Shown here piece by piece: positions 24,701 through 36,173 of a stretch of 64,000 nt of DNA (positions are counted from its first letter, which is position 1; every line of letters starts with the position of its first letter). The notes below the pieces were generated by a model, which was given only the letters and a program-made list of their open reading frames with translations, searched no databases and had not been told where the DNA came from. A program made the translations under genes and the position numbers. Source of the stretch: Leidyana gryllorum EB-2025a. Lineage: Eukaryota > Protista > Apicomplexa. The DNA lies in the NCBI GenBank assembly GCA_048772705.1, contig JBLWGC010000104.1, positions 496,001 through 560,000 of the forward strand. Reading direction: 5' to 3'.

Positions 24701-26205
24701 GACGGAACCCACTCGAGGAGAAGAGAGAGCAGGTTGCAGTTGCACTCAGTGCCGAGGCTCTTTATCGTAGAATCAGGTCTCGCAGGAGATAACAATTCAA
24801 ACAAACCCACATCGGTGTTTAAGCACAGAGCGTTGAAACACTCGATATAGTCAATGACCCGACGAACAGCAAAGGTCACTTCGGCCACGTTCTCGGAGGT
24901 CTCCACCACTAATGCCTGAACGGCGGCATTGATCCGCCCGAGCAACGACATCAGGAAAGGGATATATATATTCTCATTGGCTTCAGCGCGTTTCTTCAGC
25001 GCAGGCACAACTTGGCGTATGTTGCCTCCATAGAGACTGTTGAGATGTGTGATACGCATCGCGGCAGCTTTCTGAAGGAGACGCCGAGCGAATCCCGACG
25101 CTTCAACACTCTGTGCCAAGAGGATGTCCAGCTGGAAGACAATCTGGAAAAACTTGCCACCGGCCCATCCCCCTTCCGGCTTAGTCTCGAACAAACAGGG
25201 AATGAGACAAGTCGGGGTTAAGAAGGCCCGATGGTTCTCAGTTTGGAACGAACTGGGACCTCCGCTACGGAACGACCAGTCGAACACTGTCGAAAGGATT
25301 TGGATCTGGCTGCTCAGGAAGGGGATAGGCAGCTGATCAGTACCGGACTTGAGAACTTCGTCGATCGCTGTGAGATGCAGATTGAACAGATTGGGCAGAA
25401 ACTGCGCTTCTAAACACCTCCGGATTCTTAAATGCATTCGAGAGTCCAAACCAATGGCGGCCAAACTGGTGGTGGAAGAGATTTCCTCAACCACCATTGC
25501 CAAAACCAAACTGCCCCCCGTCCGAACTCTCAAATCCTGGCCTGACGCCGAAGTCGCCATCATCTGTTGTAACAACTCGTCACCCAATCGCGCCACTCCC
25601 GCCAGCTCTGTCTCCAAACCCGCGCAAATATAGGGGCCCGCCAGAGCGTGACGCACACAGTCGGCTATCACGGTAGAGTACTGAAGAGAGAATGTGGCAA
25701 GGACGGATAGCGGCATTGGTGGTGAGGAGGCGAAACACAAAGATAGACAAAGGCGACACTCACTGAGCTTTTGAGTGGTCCGAGCTTTTGCTGATCAGCG
25801 TTGGTGACACACATCTCCCACAAATTGGAGGCGACTGTCATCGCTTTCTGTGTCCAAGCGATGTATGGGAGGGGTTGTTTGTTCTTGCGCAATTCTATAT
25901 ACCGAGTGAGATTGATGAAGAGCCATAGAGAGAGAGAAGGCCTTACCGTCGTCGGCGAGCACCCAGTGCTTTCTCAGACTTTGACGCAGAATTACAGCCG
26001 CGATAACATGGTGACTCTGCTCTTGCAGTGTGCCCTGAGATAAGGGGCCCTTCAATTGCTCAAAGTATGCTATCACATTGTCAAGAGTGGTTGGGTCGGA
26101 CCGTAGCGACTCGACAGCTGCAGTTGAGTGTCTCAACTCCTCAGGCGTGGCCAACGGGTTGGAAAGGGCCTTGACCACTCCTTCGAAAGCCACCTGCCAA
26201 CTCAT
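21740..26205 (-). CDS. XPO4: Exportin-4-like karyopherin, about 7-8 exons
   Basis: Importin-beta-like N-terminus; GLDSRMHLRIRRCLEAQFLPNLF and ILSTVFDWSF resemble XPO4. Consecutive minus-strand ORFs are joined by short introns. Last exon ends FSELFDKFVVDCQPVNF*. Confidence 0.7.
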
Positions 26206-26248
26206 CTTTTTTGTGCAAGTTTTTGCTGTGGCCGCAGGCGATCTCCGC

Positions 26249-28234
26249 ATGGCCCTTCCTCAGTCTCGGCCTCGAAGAGTCATTCCTCAAGCAACTTCCA
26301 ACGCATTGGGATATAAAGAAGAACTTTGCTTTCGCCTACTGGACTTAAACTGTCTGGCACCCTCGTTGGTCGACAACCGGTATAAGGATCACGATGCTCG
26401 GATTATGGACCCAGATTACCGGTGAGACAAGACTCCTCATTGCACACGCGAACTTGACAGCGAACAGGAGGTGTTGACTGAAATACGCTTGAAAGATCCC
26501 GACCTGTGCACGCTTCAAGAGGTGGAGCCAGCCCAATTCAACCGATATCTCCAGGTGTGTGTGTGTTTTATGTGTGTGTCCATTTATGTCAGTGTTCGTG
26601 TGGGGTTCGGTCTGGGTTGTGCGTGACTATATTGTGCGGAACTGTGGGATGACCGAATGTCTCGCAGTCGTTGAAACCGCTGACATACACCGGGCGCTAT
26701 CAAAAGCATTCTGGGGCTCGTGCAGACGGAATCATGACATTATGGAAAGAGACAACATTTGAGCCAATGGAGGAGAAAGAGATAAGCTTTGCGCCGGCCG
26801 CCGAGGCGGACGCGAATTTGAGGGCACAATTGGTGGCCTTACGGTTCAAAAAGACCGATGTATCCGGCCAGCAACCCATCATTATAGTTGTGAATTGCCA
26901 TCTCGTTTTCAACTTCGCAAAAGCAGGGTTGAAAGTGGCACAGATCTCTCGTTTGATTACAGAGATTCACGAGACTAGAATACGACTTGCACCGAAACCG
27001 ACATACAGAGTCGATCATCACTCTGGATTGCAAATCGATATTTATGATCCTCGCTATGCACGACTCCCCACGGCCATCTTGGTGGGAGACTTCAATCTCG
27101 CGCCCTATTCGCCCATTTATTCTTACATGGCGACAGGGCTACCTCCGCAAGACTTCGCCAAAGCAGCGCAGAATCCTTCCCTCAACAGATTACTCAGTGG
27201 CCAGGCTCTCATGTTCGCACACGCTTCCAACATGGCTTCTCTCCGACCATCCCACAAGGAACTTGTTCGAGCTGCCATGCAAGCGACGCCCATGTTCTGC
27301 CCTCGTGGAGCAGAGCGCGGCTGTAGCGCTCGTGCATCGTTCCACTCCCTTGATCTCAGCCAAGTGCACCAAATACGCAACTGGCTGTCCGCCATATGTC
27401 CGCGACTGGATTTCATTCCATTCCAACAGACTGTAGCACTGTCTTTGCCCACCCCAGACCTTGTCGATGAAGATGGCTTCTCAACTTCGAAAGGATGCCA
27501 TGCACCAAATCCAACCGACCAGAGGTACTGGATGACTCAAATTACTCAGAAGCTCCAGAATGCTAACGTGGATTTCGACACTGTAACAAATGCCATGTCC
27601 AATCGGGCCTACTTCATCAGTCCTATGCACCTGGTATCGTCAATGCGGGAACCTCGGTCTTTCTCACCCACTGCGCTCGATGACGAGTATATTGCCTCCG
27701 AACCCTGGGCCACCGTGTATCAAGGCAGCCAACGTGGCACAGTTGACTACGTTTGGGTGGATGACTCTCAACTGCGGGTAAGCACTAAGCTAAACCACCT
27801 CCTGTTTCAAGCTTTCTGGATCCTAAACAACCTCACCCCACCCCGACAACACCACAGGCACGACCGTCTCCGAAGTCCTCCCGAAAATCTGGCTGGCAGG
27901 TAACTCGGCACCTCCAACTCCCAACAGAATCAGAGTTCCGACGATTTGGCCCCGTTCCGAACGCGGTGAGTGTGTGCAAAGCGTGTCTCCTGGAAACCCG
28001 ATGTTCAAATAGCGATGGCCGCTATCGGACCATTACAGTATTTGTGCCGACCTTATGGTATTGGAAGCCCCATGTTTGAGCGCCACAGTCCTAATGACGC
28101 TGAAGACGAAGGCCAAGGGTTGGAGCGATGAGGCGCCATATGCTTTCGAGGCAGTGAGAACCTTCCTGATGGAGGAGCGTCGCGCGCAATATCACGAGGG
28201 GCTCAAGCGGCAACGCGAAGAATTCGCTAAATAA
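26249..28234 (+). CDS. EEP-family nuclease/phosphatase (Angel/CCR4/PDE12-like)
   Basis: LNCLAPSL, DPDLCTLQEVE, VVNCHLVFN, ILVGDFNLAPYS, GTVDYVW, PLSDHYSI. Multi-exon. Confidence 0.85.
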
Positions 28235-28262
28235 GGAGAAAAGAAGTTGTTGGAGATTGCAA

Positions 28263-29822
28263 ATGTCGTTATGGTGTGTCCCCTTGACGGTCCTGGTACC
28301 GCCAGCCCACGCCAGATGCCCAGCAATGTTACCAAACTATGAAGACTCATATTCAGACCCAATGGACTGGTTGGAGCCCCGTCCCAACTACAATACGTGG
28401 GGAAGACCTCCAGTGGTGCTGCCAGGCAGACTTGAAGAGTCCTTCGTCTGCCCGCCACCAGCCCCGGACGCCATGATGCCATCGTTCCCGGGGCCCCAGA
28501 ACCTTATGGCTCCACCTGTTCCATTGTTCCAGCCGAGAAATGACTATTTGCCAGCGGCGAGCGATGGAGAAGCCGATTGGGTGGGAAGTTACATGAGAGG
28601 AAGTAAAGAGAATGACGAGTTGGATATCGTGAAGAGGGTAATGGAATGTGTTGAAGGAGGAAAGAGAGAGGTGGCCAAGAAGACAATGATCGGAATGTGT
28701 TCGTGGTTTCTTAACCACATTCATGAAGCGTTGCGTACTCTCCACACGTCGTCTTCAGAACTGCTGGTGCCTGCTGAGGCAGCCGCAGCTCATATACAAC
28801 AGTTTTGGCGAGAAGTGAGCAATCGTATGGTTCGATACAAAGCGCCAGCCCTTGACTTCATTGAATGTCCCGGGGCCCTTGCGGTCGCAAGCCAAGTTCA
28901 AAATAGCACGGGGGAGCTTCAGCTCCCTGGGAGAGCTCAGGTACGAACCCCCATTTCCGAGCCTTTATTGGTCAGGGTGGCTGCGGACGTGAAGTCCGCG
29001 GATCCTGACCTTCATGCTCAACTGGAAAACCAGATAGACCGGAGCAAAAGGTTCTGGAAACAGCTTATAGACACTGCCGAACGTGAGAAGAAGGACAGGC
29101 ACTATCGTTCGGAAACAGTGACCGAGATAGCTCGGATGCTTCTAGGACGAGGCGGAGAAGGTAACCCGGGAATGGAAGATTTGATCTTTGAGAGACCCGA
29201 CGACCTCGAGAACACAGCTCACTTTCTGGGGGCTCTGACTTGGAGTGTCCTCGATGTGCTTTGCTCACCACCACCAGATGTCAACACGGCCATTCCAGCC
29301 CCGTTACGCCGATATATTGACGCAATAATCAGTGATGGTCTTCGGCAACACTATGCGGAGAACACATCCGATTGGGAGGTATTTCTGACAACGAGTTTCC
29401 CGACAATAGCTGCAAGAGCCCGTTCTTTTCTGGCCGAGACACAGTCAGGCGTAGCGAATTATCGGTGGCATCGGTTACTATTGAACGCAGCGGTGCTGCA
29501 TTGGTCAATGGGTGGTGGGCGAAGGCGAGATCGCGATCGGGGAATCTCCATTAAGCGGTTCAGTAGTGTCGATTGGAACCAATGGATCAAAGACCACCCA
29601 CATGCGGTGGTGGAGACAGCATATCAGTGGGCGAGAAGGTCACCTTCATCGAGACCTGTGGTGTTCTCGATAAATCAAGCCTTAGGGGAGATAAAATGTG
29701 ATGAGGAGGGCGCACTTGTCCAGCACGACATTGACAAAACAGAAGCTCGGCCAGCTCCAACCCATCCATTACAACCTGTGCATAATCGCAATTATGCGTA
29801 CGATCAGTCGGAATCCTTTTAG
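28263..29822 (+). CDS. Hypothetical protein (intronless, Pro-rich N-terminus)
   Basis: ~520-codon ORF filling the gap between neighbours. No motif recognised. Confidence 0.65.
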   Translation: MSLWCVPLTVLVPPAHARCPAMLPNYEDSYSDPMDWLEPRPNYNTWGRPPVVLPGRLEESFVCPPPAPDAMMPSFPGPQNLMAPPVPLFQPRNDYLPAASDGEADWVGSYMRGSKENDELDIVKRVMECVEGGKREVAKKTMIGMCSWFLNHIHEALRTLHTSSSELLVPAEAAAAHIQQFWREVSNRMVRYKAPALDFIECPGALAVASQVQNSTGELQLPGRAQVRTPISEPLLVRVAADVKSADPDLHAQLENQIDRSKRFWKQLIDTAEREKKDRHYRSETVTEIARMLLGRGGEGNPGMEDLIFERPDDLENTAHFLGALTWSVLDVLCSPPPDVNTAIPAPLRRYIDAIISDGLRQHYAENTSDWEVFLTTSFPTIAARARSFLAETQSGVANYRWHRLLLNAAVLHWSMGGGRRRDRDRGISIKRFSSVDWNQWIKDHPHAVVETAYQWARRSPSSRPVVFSINQALGEIKCDEEGALVQHDIDKTEARPAPTHPLQPVHNRNYAYDQSESF

Positions 29823-29860
29823 CTTTCCATAACCACTAAGTATTTTCACTAAGCTTCCAT

Positions 29861-30670
29861 ATGAACATTGCACTCGGACTGTACAGTGTGGCTTCTTTGG
29901 CGCCTATCGGGGCTATCAGTCTCCTCAAAGATTCAACTGTTCATTTGAACTGTGCTGAAGCTACAGGTGTGGCCAGTTGTGACTGGCGGTGTGTGGAGAG
30001 CTGCACAATCCCCTATGGGACCGATTTGAACATTAGCTCCCTGTCTACTTGTATCACTCATATAGGAGCTGAATGTAAAGTTCCTGCTGAGGCCCACGCC
30101 ATTATCGAGCCTGAATGGTTCTGCTCGACAAAGGCTGCAATGGACAATGATGAGAGTGATTCTCAAGGTTATGCATTCGCTCTGAAAAGCACCACGGGTG
30201 ACGAGTACGGGGGATTGGACATCACTTCACGTGAATTGGAGAGTTTCTCAGTCGATATTCGGGGTGAATTCGACAGAACCGCGTGTCGGGCTTTGATTGA
30301 GTACTCTGTGGCATTGGCCTCGAGTGATCTGAAAGCTGACTCGGAACACAGATGCTCGAACACCATTGAGCGTGCGGCCGAAGGAACGAATACAGTGGCA
30401 ACTTTCGGGTTTGAAATTCTCAACCTGAATCTCACCGAATGGGCACAGGACCGAGAAACCAGTGCTGTCAATGAGCTCGGCAGGAAGACCCAAGTTTTCG
30501 AACTCGCTACTCTTGGAGGATGTTGGGTGGAGGCCTCCAGCATCACTCTCTATCACACTTCCAAGATTGTGATATCATCACATCCCAGCGGAGTGGCACC
30601 ACGTACAGCCGGTGCGACTTCTGTTTTACTCTTTTGGTTCGGTGTGCTGCTATACAGCAACATGTGTTAG
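29861..30670 (+). CDS. Putative GPI-anchored or secreted Cys-containing surface protein
   Basis: Hydrophobic N-terminus, Cys-rich N-terminal half, C-terminal small residues followed by the hydrophobic tail SGVAPRTAGATSVLLFWFGVLLY. Confidence 0.6.
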   Translation: MNIALGLYSVASLAPIGAISLLKDSTVHLNCAEATGVASCDWRCVESCTIPYGTDLNISSLSTCITHIGAECKVPAEAHAIIEPEWFCSTKAAMDNDESDSQGYAFALKSTTGDEYGGLDITSRELESFSVDIRGEFDRTACRALIEYSVALASSDLKADSEHRCSNTIERAAEGTNTVATFGFEILNLNLTEWAQDRETSAVNELGRKTQVFELATLGGCWVEASSITLYHTSKIVISSHPSGVAPRTAGATSVLLFWFGVLLYSNMC

Positions 30671-30730
30671 CTAGTTTCACGAGGTTTTTGTCTCTAAAAA
30701 AGAGATGTGTGATCTGCACTCCATCCATGA

Positions 30731-32140
30731 TCAGCCTTGCTTTACTCTCGTTGTTGGTGGGGCAGGAAGGGTACCGTCTTGTTCCAGCCCACACCAATTG
30801 CATTGTGGGTTCTGCAGGCCACCTTCTCGCCCTATTCCACAGTGTCGACACTGGTGTATGCACTCTAAAGTGTTTTCATCAATTATGTCGGAGGAGGGCA
30901 CAATGTCATGTATTCGAGACGCTCCTGGGGGCAATATCAACAGGAGACGGACAAAGTTCTTAGCCTGCTCGTCTCCGAGATGACAGAGTCGGTTTGCATC
31001 CTCTATGGTGGGCTCGAAACAGGCAACACCCCACCGAAAAAGCTTCTGAGCTCGAGCCTCTTTCAACTGCTCCAGAACATATCGCGCATTTGGGGATATG
31101 GCCGTCGGTCTCTGCAGATCTGTTAATGTCAATCCCTCTGAACCATTCAATCTCGCTTGGCGAGTCCACTCTCGCAGTGTCACCATCGGTGCTCCACAAA
31201 TACACTTGTGTTTTTGACTGGATGATGATGTGGCCTCAGGTTCTCTCCATCTGGCGTGACAGGAAAAGCACCTCGAGAAGGTCGGAGGTGGCAGAGACCG
31301 TAAGGTGCCGTATATTGCTCGCCAGAATATTGGAGTTTTGCACCAGAGTCGGATTACCGTTCGGATCAAAGGAAAGAGAATTGTCCCTCTAATCTCTTTT
31401 CCTCCGTACCGGAATGTGATCTCGTGAGCATTGAATGAGAGAGGCAAATCTTTGGCGAAACGATTCTCGAAACGCTTGAGTTTCTCCAAAACACCATTCT
31501 CCTGAAACGGAGGGAAGTCTCGTTCAGGGAGTCCAGCGAGATCCCAACAGTTAGCCACAGTGGGCCAGTCGCCTTTCCATTCAGCCTTCCCGATTTTGCC
31601 CTCCAATCGGGTGACTCCACCCACAATGAGCCCAGTGTGATTAAGAGGGAACACATGATTGGTCGCATCTCTGGGAACAATGACACGAATACGTCGAACA
31701 GGCGGGACATCAGACGTCTGCAACAGTTTGGCCCTCTCGGCCAAGGCTTTAGACAAAGTGTCGTGCACAAAGTGGTCGTCTCGGCGTGAGATTATGTATT
31801 GGGCCAATTCTTCAACCGAATCTTCCAAGTGACTCTCCACCCGAACAGGACGACACAGTAGACGTGAAACAAATTCAACTGCATTCGACCGCGCATTCGC
31901 GCGTATCCAATCACAGTAGTGGCCAAGCCGCTCTGGTATTATCTCGCATTCGTCGGGACTATCACTGTCGCAGCCCAACCCTCCAGACCTCCAGTAACCT
32001 ACAGTGCTCGCTACAGGGACTCCAGCAGGCGTCTGACTCTCGTGTCTCGAGCGTTTTGATGAACTGGTGGACGTGAGTGATACCACCGAGTGGGATCGCT
32101 TCACTCGGGGTGTGGAGGACGTCGGGTCGTGGCTTGTCAT
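30731..32140 (-). CDS. Hypothetical protein with several CxxC/CxC motifs (possible Zn-binding)
   Basis: Intronless 469-aa ORF with CFSCH...CICG and CRHCG...CNWCG. Confidence 0.6.
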   Translation of the reverse strand: MTSHDPTSSTPRVKRSHSVVSLTSTSSSKRSRHESQTPAGVPVASTVGYWRSGGLGCDSDSPDECEIIPERLGHYCDWIRANARSNAVEFVSRLLCRPVRVESHLEDSVEELAQYIISRRDDHFVHDTLSKALAERAKLLQTSDVPPVRRIRVIVPRDATNHVFPLNHTGLIVGGVTRLEGKIGKAEWKGDWPTVANCWDLAGLPERDFPPFQENGVLEKLKRFENRFAKDLPLSFNAHEITFRYGGKEIRGTILFPLIRTVIRLWCKTPIFWRAIYGTLRSLPPPTFSRCFSCHARWREPEATSSSSQKHKCICGAPMVTLREWTRQARLNGSEGLTLTDLQRPTAISPNARYVLEQLKEARAQKLFRWGVACFEPTIEDANRLCHLGDEQAKNFVRLLLILPPGASRIHDIVPSSDIIDENTLECIHQCRHCGIGREGGLQNPQCNWCGLEQDGTLPAPPTTRVKQG

Positions 32141-32384
32141 GATGCCAACGGGGCGGCCATCAGGTAATAAAGCGTTCCTGTACTTTTTTGCGTGTCAGAC
32201 CGGCGATCACGAGAATACAGACAGACCAGTGCCGGGGTGCTGAAGAGGAGGTCATTAGAATGGCCTCAATTGTGACTGAGGTTGCGTTCCACAGATAATG
32301 CAGGAAGGGTGCGGTGCCATCAAAACTAATTTCCTAACAGGGGTGGGTTCCTCTCATTCCGCTGAGCCCCCATAGAGAGAGAGC

Positions 32385-33255
32385 TCAAGCTACCGCCATC
32401 CATTTGAGCAGGAAATCGCGGAATACGGTATCCTTCCACTGAGGGATCGACAGCTCGTGCTCGTGACCCTCCAACACTACCTCCTGAAGTGTGAGCTGTG
32501 AGGACATTCAAACAACAAACCTTACCTCTGCGTGCGCAATCTGCTCACAAGCTCGCTTGAACGCCTCAGCGGGCACCAAGGGATCGTCTACGATAATCAC
32601 AGCAAGGTGACGGATCAGGGAATGGCTCACGCACCCGAGAAATGCACTATCAGAGTGGGACAGTTGATCTTATCCACAAAATCCGGCGTCGGCCCTGGAC
32701 TGGATGCTATGACTGCACAACGCACGCGATATTTGATGTGTTGTAATAGATAGCACAACACCGTGCCGCCTTGACTGAATCCCACCAGCCCGATTCGATC
32801 AGGCTTGACAGCAGGATTCTTCGCAATTTCCTTATCAATTATCTCTTCAATGTCATTCTTTCTCTGTTCCAGTTGGTCGTAAGGATATACTCGATCTGGA
32901 CCCGGGGGGCTTAGTAAAGTAAACCAGCTTGGAATCTCATTCCCCAGCGTGCTGATGTGCTGTTCGATGCCCTTATGGCCGTTGGGATTGGGTAGCTGGA
33001 CACAATCAACATTCCACTCACTGACTTCACCTTACCCATTCCTTCTTGACGTACGATAATTTTGCACTTTGGGAGAGGCACGTCTCTCACAACCTCCTTG
33101 AAGACGGTATGGAACAAGATGGCTGACTGAGTGAATCCATGAAGGACGATTACTAGTAGACAAACACCCATTAACACATCACAAGTTTACTGTCATCCCT
33201 CACACAACGAATCATAGGTTCCATCAGCCGGCTCGATATCCATGTAGTGAAGCAT
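32385..33255 (-). CDS. Acyl-protein thioesterase / phospholipase-carboxylesterase (Abhydrolase_2), 5 small exons
   Basis: Manual splicing gives MLHYMDIEP..IVLHGFTQ..IPSWFTL..IIDKEIAKNPAVKPDRIGLVGFSQGG..DDPLVP..EGHEH, a Ser-Asp-His triad. Largely missed by the ORF track. Confidence 0.85.
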
Positions 33256-33749
33256 CGTGATAATGTCACAGGAAGGTTTCTGAGAGCGGCCCACACAAAT
33301 CGGTATTAAAAAAAAACCTTGACCGTCATCCATCCAGTCTCTCAACAAAGCCGCTATTTACATATTGACATCCAACTACGAATGATCTGTTGTACCACAA
33401 AGACTCTGTCTCCTTCATACACTAAGGCCACCGGAACTGATGAGCAGCCGATCAAGAACCATTGCGGTTGCTGGCGAGGATTAGCAAGACGCCTAGGCAC
33501 GTTCGCACACATTCGATCGTAATTCGGCCAGAGTGGCTTGGTATTGTGGGTGGGTGGACTGACTGTCATGATGCTGTTGTCGCTGATAGATCTATCTTGA
33601 CACTGTGATAAGGTTGATTGATCACATGATGGTGTAACAGGCAAGGGCCGCCAGACAGAGATTGATTTAAGATGATTCGGACTGTCAAATATGAGATAGG
33701 GGGCACATGCGGTCGGCTGAGGAGTAGCTGTAGAAATTTTTTAGGCTCA

Positions 33750-34175
33750 ATGACTAAAACCCGACACATTGCCCGCAAGACCACCAATGTAGGCGCCGGG
33801 AAGGCCCCCAGAAAGCAGCTTGCGGCCAAGGCGGCCCGCAAATCTGCGACTGGCAATACCCCGTCTGGTATGAAGAAGCCTCGCAAGTATAAGCCGGGTA
33901 CTGTTGCCTTGCGTGAAATTAGGAGGTATCAAAAATCGACCGAGCTCCTGATTAGGAAGCTCCCATTTCAACGTTTAGTTAAGGAGATCGCAAGTGGATT
34001 CAAAGCCGAGTTAAGGTTCCAATCCTCTGCGGTTCTGGCGCTCCAAGAAGCATCTGAAGCTTACTTGGTCGGTCTGTTTGAGGATACTAATCTCTGTGCT
34101 ATCCACGCCAAGCGAGTCACTATCATGACCAAGGACATTCAACTCGCCCGTAGAATTCGCGGAGATCGTACTTGA
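33750..34175 (+). CDS. H3: Histone H3, divergent variant (intronless)
   Basis: [52 protein letters not shown]. Likely true start is the ATG at 33750 ([10 protein letters not shown]). Confidence 0.97.
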   Translation: MTKTRHIARKTTNVGAGKAPRKQLAAKAARKSATGNTPSGMKKPRKYKPGTVALREIRRYQKSTELLIRKLPFQRLVKEIASGFKAELRFQSSAVLALQEASEAYLVGLFEDTNLCAIHAKRVTIMTKDIQLARRIRGDRT

Positions 34176-34229
34176 TGAAGAAGAAAAGATAGTTCAGTAG
34201 CAAGGCCGTACAGTATGCGTGTTGTATCA

Positions 34230-36134
34230 TCAACCATTAACCACCTGTTCCACAAAGGCAGAGATGCGTTGCACCTCTTCCACATCCAAACCAGCAACCA
34301 CCTGGTCAACTACAACAGGCACTGTCTCCGGAGGTACGACCGGTTCGACAGTGGGTCGAGCGTTCACTTCGCTCTCATAACGGAAGCTCAAAGGTGGGGA
34401 CAAGACATCTTCGCAATCGATCAGGAATATCGTTAGCTTCCCGTCGTCTGAGGCTATGGCCAGGAGCCGATCATCCCAGGACCAAGCCATGTCCATCACC
34501 AAGCCATTCTGATCCACCAGAGATGTCGGAGACACGGTAACACACATTCCGTTCATTCCTACATCGGGCCCATGAGGCAGGAACAAATGCCAGAGCGATA
34601 AAGTCCCCTCAACACTGGCTTGAGCATACCAGACTGCTTTCGGCCACTCTGGCAATTGCTTGATCGCCTCTTCCTCCCGCAATAATGTCTGTAATAATTC
34701 CGCTCGTAAAGGCTCATTCAAAGTCCGCTCTTCGTCATTAGTCAGTCCAGCAATTAAGGACTCTAATGGAACATTCAGTCTCCTCACAGTATTCCCGAAC
34801 GCCTGGGAGCTCAATAATGGAGAGATAGCTGTAAATCTGACGACTCACCACAGCATTGACTCTGCTCTGGTGTCCTCTTATTCGATGTTTAGCATCTCTA
34901 TATAGTTCGTGTGCCTTTCTCGTCATTTCCTCAGCAGGAGTGGCACTCGGCTTTTCCTCCATTTGGTTCTCCTGTGAGACTTCAGCTTCACCTTCTCCCT
35001 CGGTTTGGGGTTTCTTATATTGACTCAATGTTTGTGTGACATTAGGCACCCCCATCCGACTCAGGACCTCACGGGCTTCCAGAATGTCTATCAGCGAGTA
35101 GAGGGCAGCGAAAGTTTGGCTATGGCGCTCGCCAAAGGCCACGGCGCAAGCCGAGGTCGTCGGATCCAGTCTAATGGGAGTTTGGTGTCAGTGCAGTGGT
35201 TGCGAAGAAGGCAACTTACGAGACGTGACGAAGGAGGGGAGTATCGAGAGGACCGTCTTCAAAGAGTTCCTTGTCCTCGAGAATGGAAGTAGCCTCTGGG
35301 GAGTCTTCGGTGATTTGATATATGAAGACTTGTTTCATGTTAGTAGTCAGGGCGATGAACCATTTTCGGGATTCCCCTTCCGTGAGACGCATCACCTCGG
35401 ATGCGGCAATGCCTTTCATGATGGCACAGTCCGGCATCATTATTGATATCGGAGCGTCTGCAGCAACAAGTCTGAGTAAGAATGGAGCAAAGCAACCTCA
35501 CCCGTAGTGGAACGATCCAAGGATCGGATAACAACGCGATCAGTTCCTCCCACAGCGATTCTATTATTCCCAACCCAACAGGCGTCGAATATCTCGGGCA
35601 CCACTAATGAGGAGAAGAGCTTTCCACACAAACTCAATGTCACTCACGAGGCTCTACACGAGTTGTATGGCGGGTCCAATTCTCTGAGCCGTCCGCATTG
35701 TCTTTCCGGGCCCAGACGATGACCAAGCGCGAGTCGACAGACATCCACCTCGACCCATCTGGTGCCCAGGCTACCCGTATTACATACTCAGGAGAGTGGT
35801 CGGGCCAAATGCCAATTCGGGAAGTGGCCACTCGCTTGTTTGAGGTTTCCGAATGCAACCATCGGAGTTGAATAGTCTCTTCCTCGGGGCTCGCAGGTGT
35901 AGATGGGGGGCACGGTGGCCCCACTCTCGGGGGTACTCCACTTTTATCGAACGGCTTCACGCCCAGCGCCCATAAGGCCACTGTACATCCACCACCCGTG
36001 AGGAGTCTCTGAAGCCTGTAGGAGGCGGTGGGGATATGCGGCTGGAACGCTACTGACGAGAATGGTACCCTCGAATCTGCTCCTCGTGATAACGACAAGT
36101 TCACATCGGCCAGCTTGCCGCAGAAAAATCGCAT
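34230..36134 (-). CDS. HIRA / CAF-1 p60-like WD40 histone H3-H4 chaperone, multi-exon
   Basis: PFSSVAFQP..RLLTGG, VIRVAWAPDG, SENW, IFDACW, FEDGPLDTPLLRH, IRGHQSRV, AQASVEGTLSLW, VMDMAWSWDDRLLAIASDDG follow the HIRA/CHAF1B blade order. Confidence 0.65.
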
Positions 36135-36173
36135 CTCCCCTCTTTTAGTACTCTATTAATGCCAGGAAACTAT

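Noticed and set aside
33672-33749. 26-aa N-terminal extension of H3 in the ORF track
   Set aside because: The ATG at 33750 aligns with the canonical H3 start and follows the AAATTTTTT motif. The upstream ATG is probably not used.
34176-34229. Histone 3' stem-loop
   Set aside because: No GGYYYTTYHRRRRCC-type hairpin is visible after the stop.
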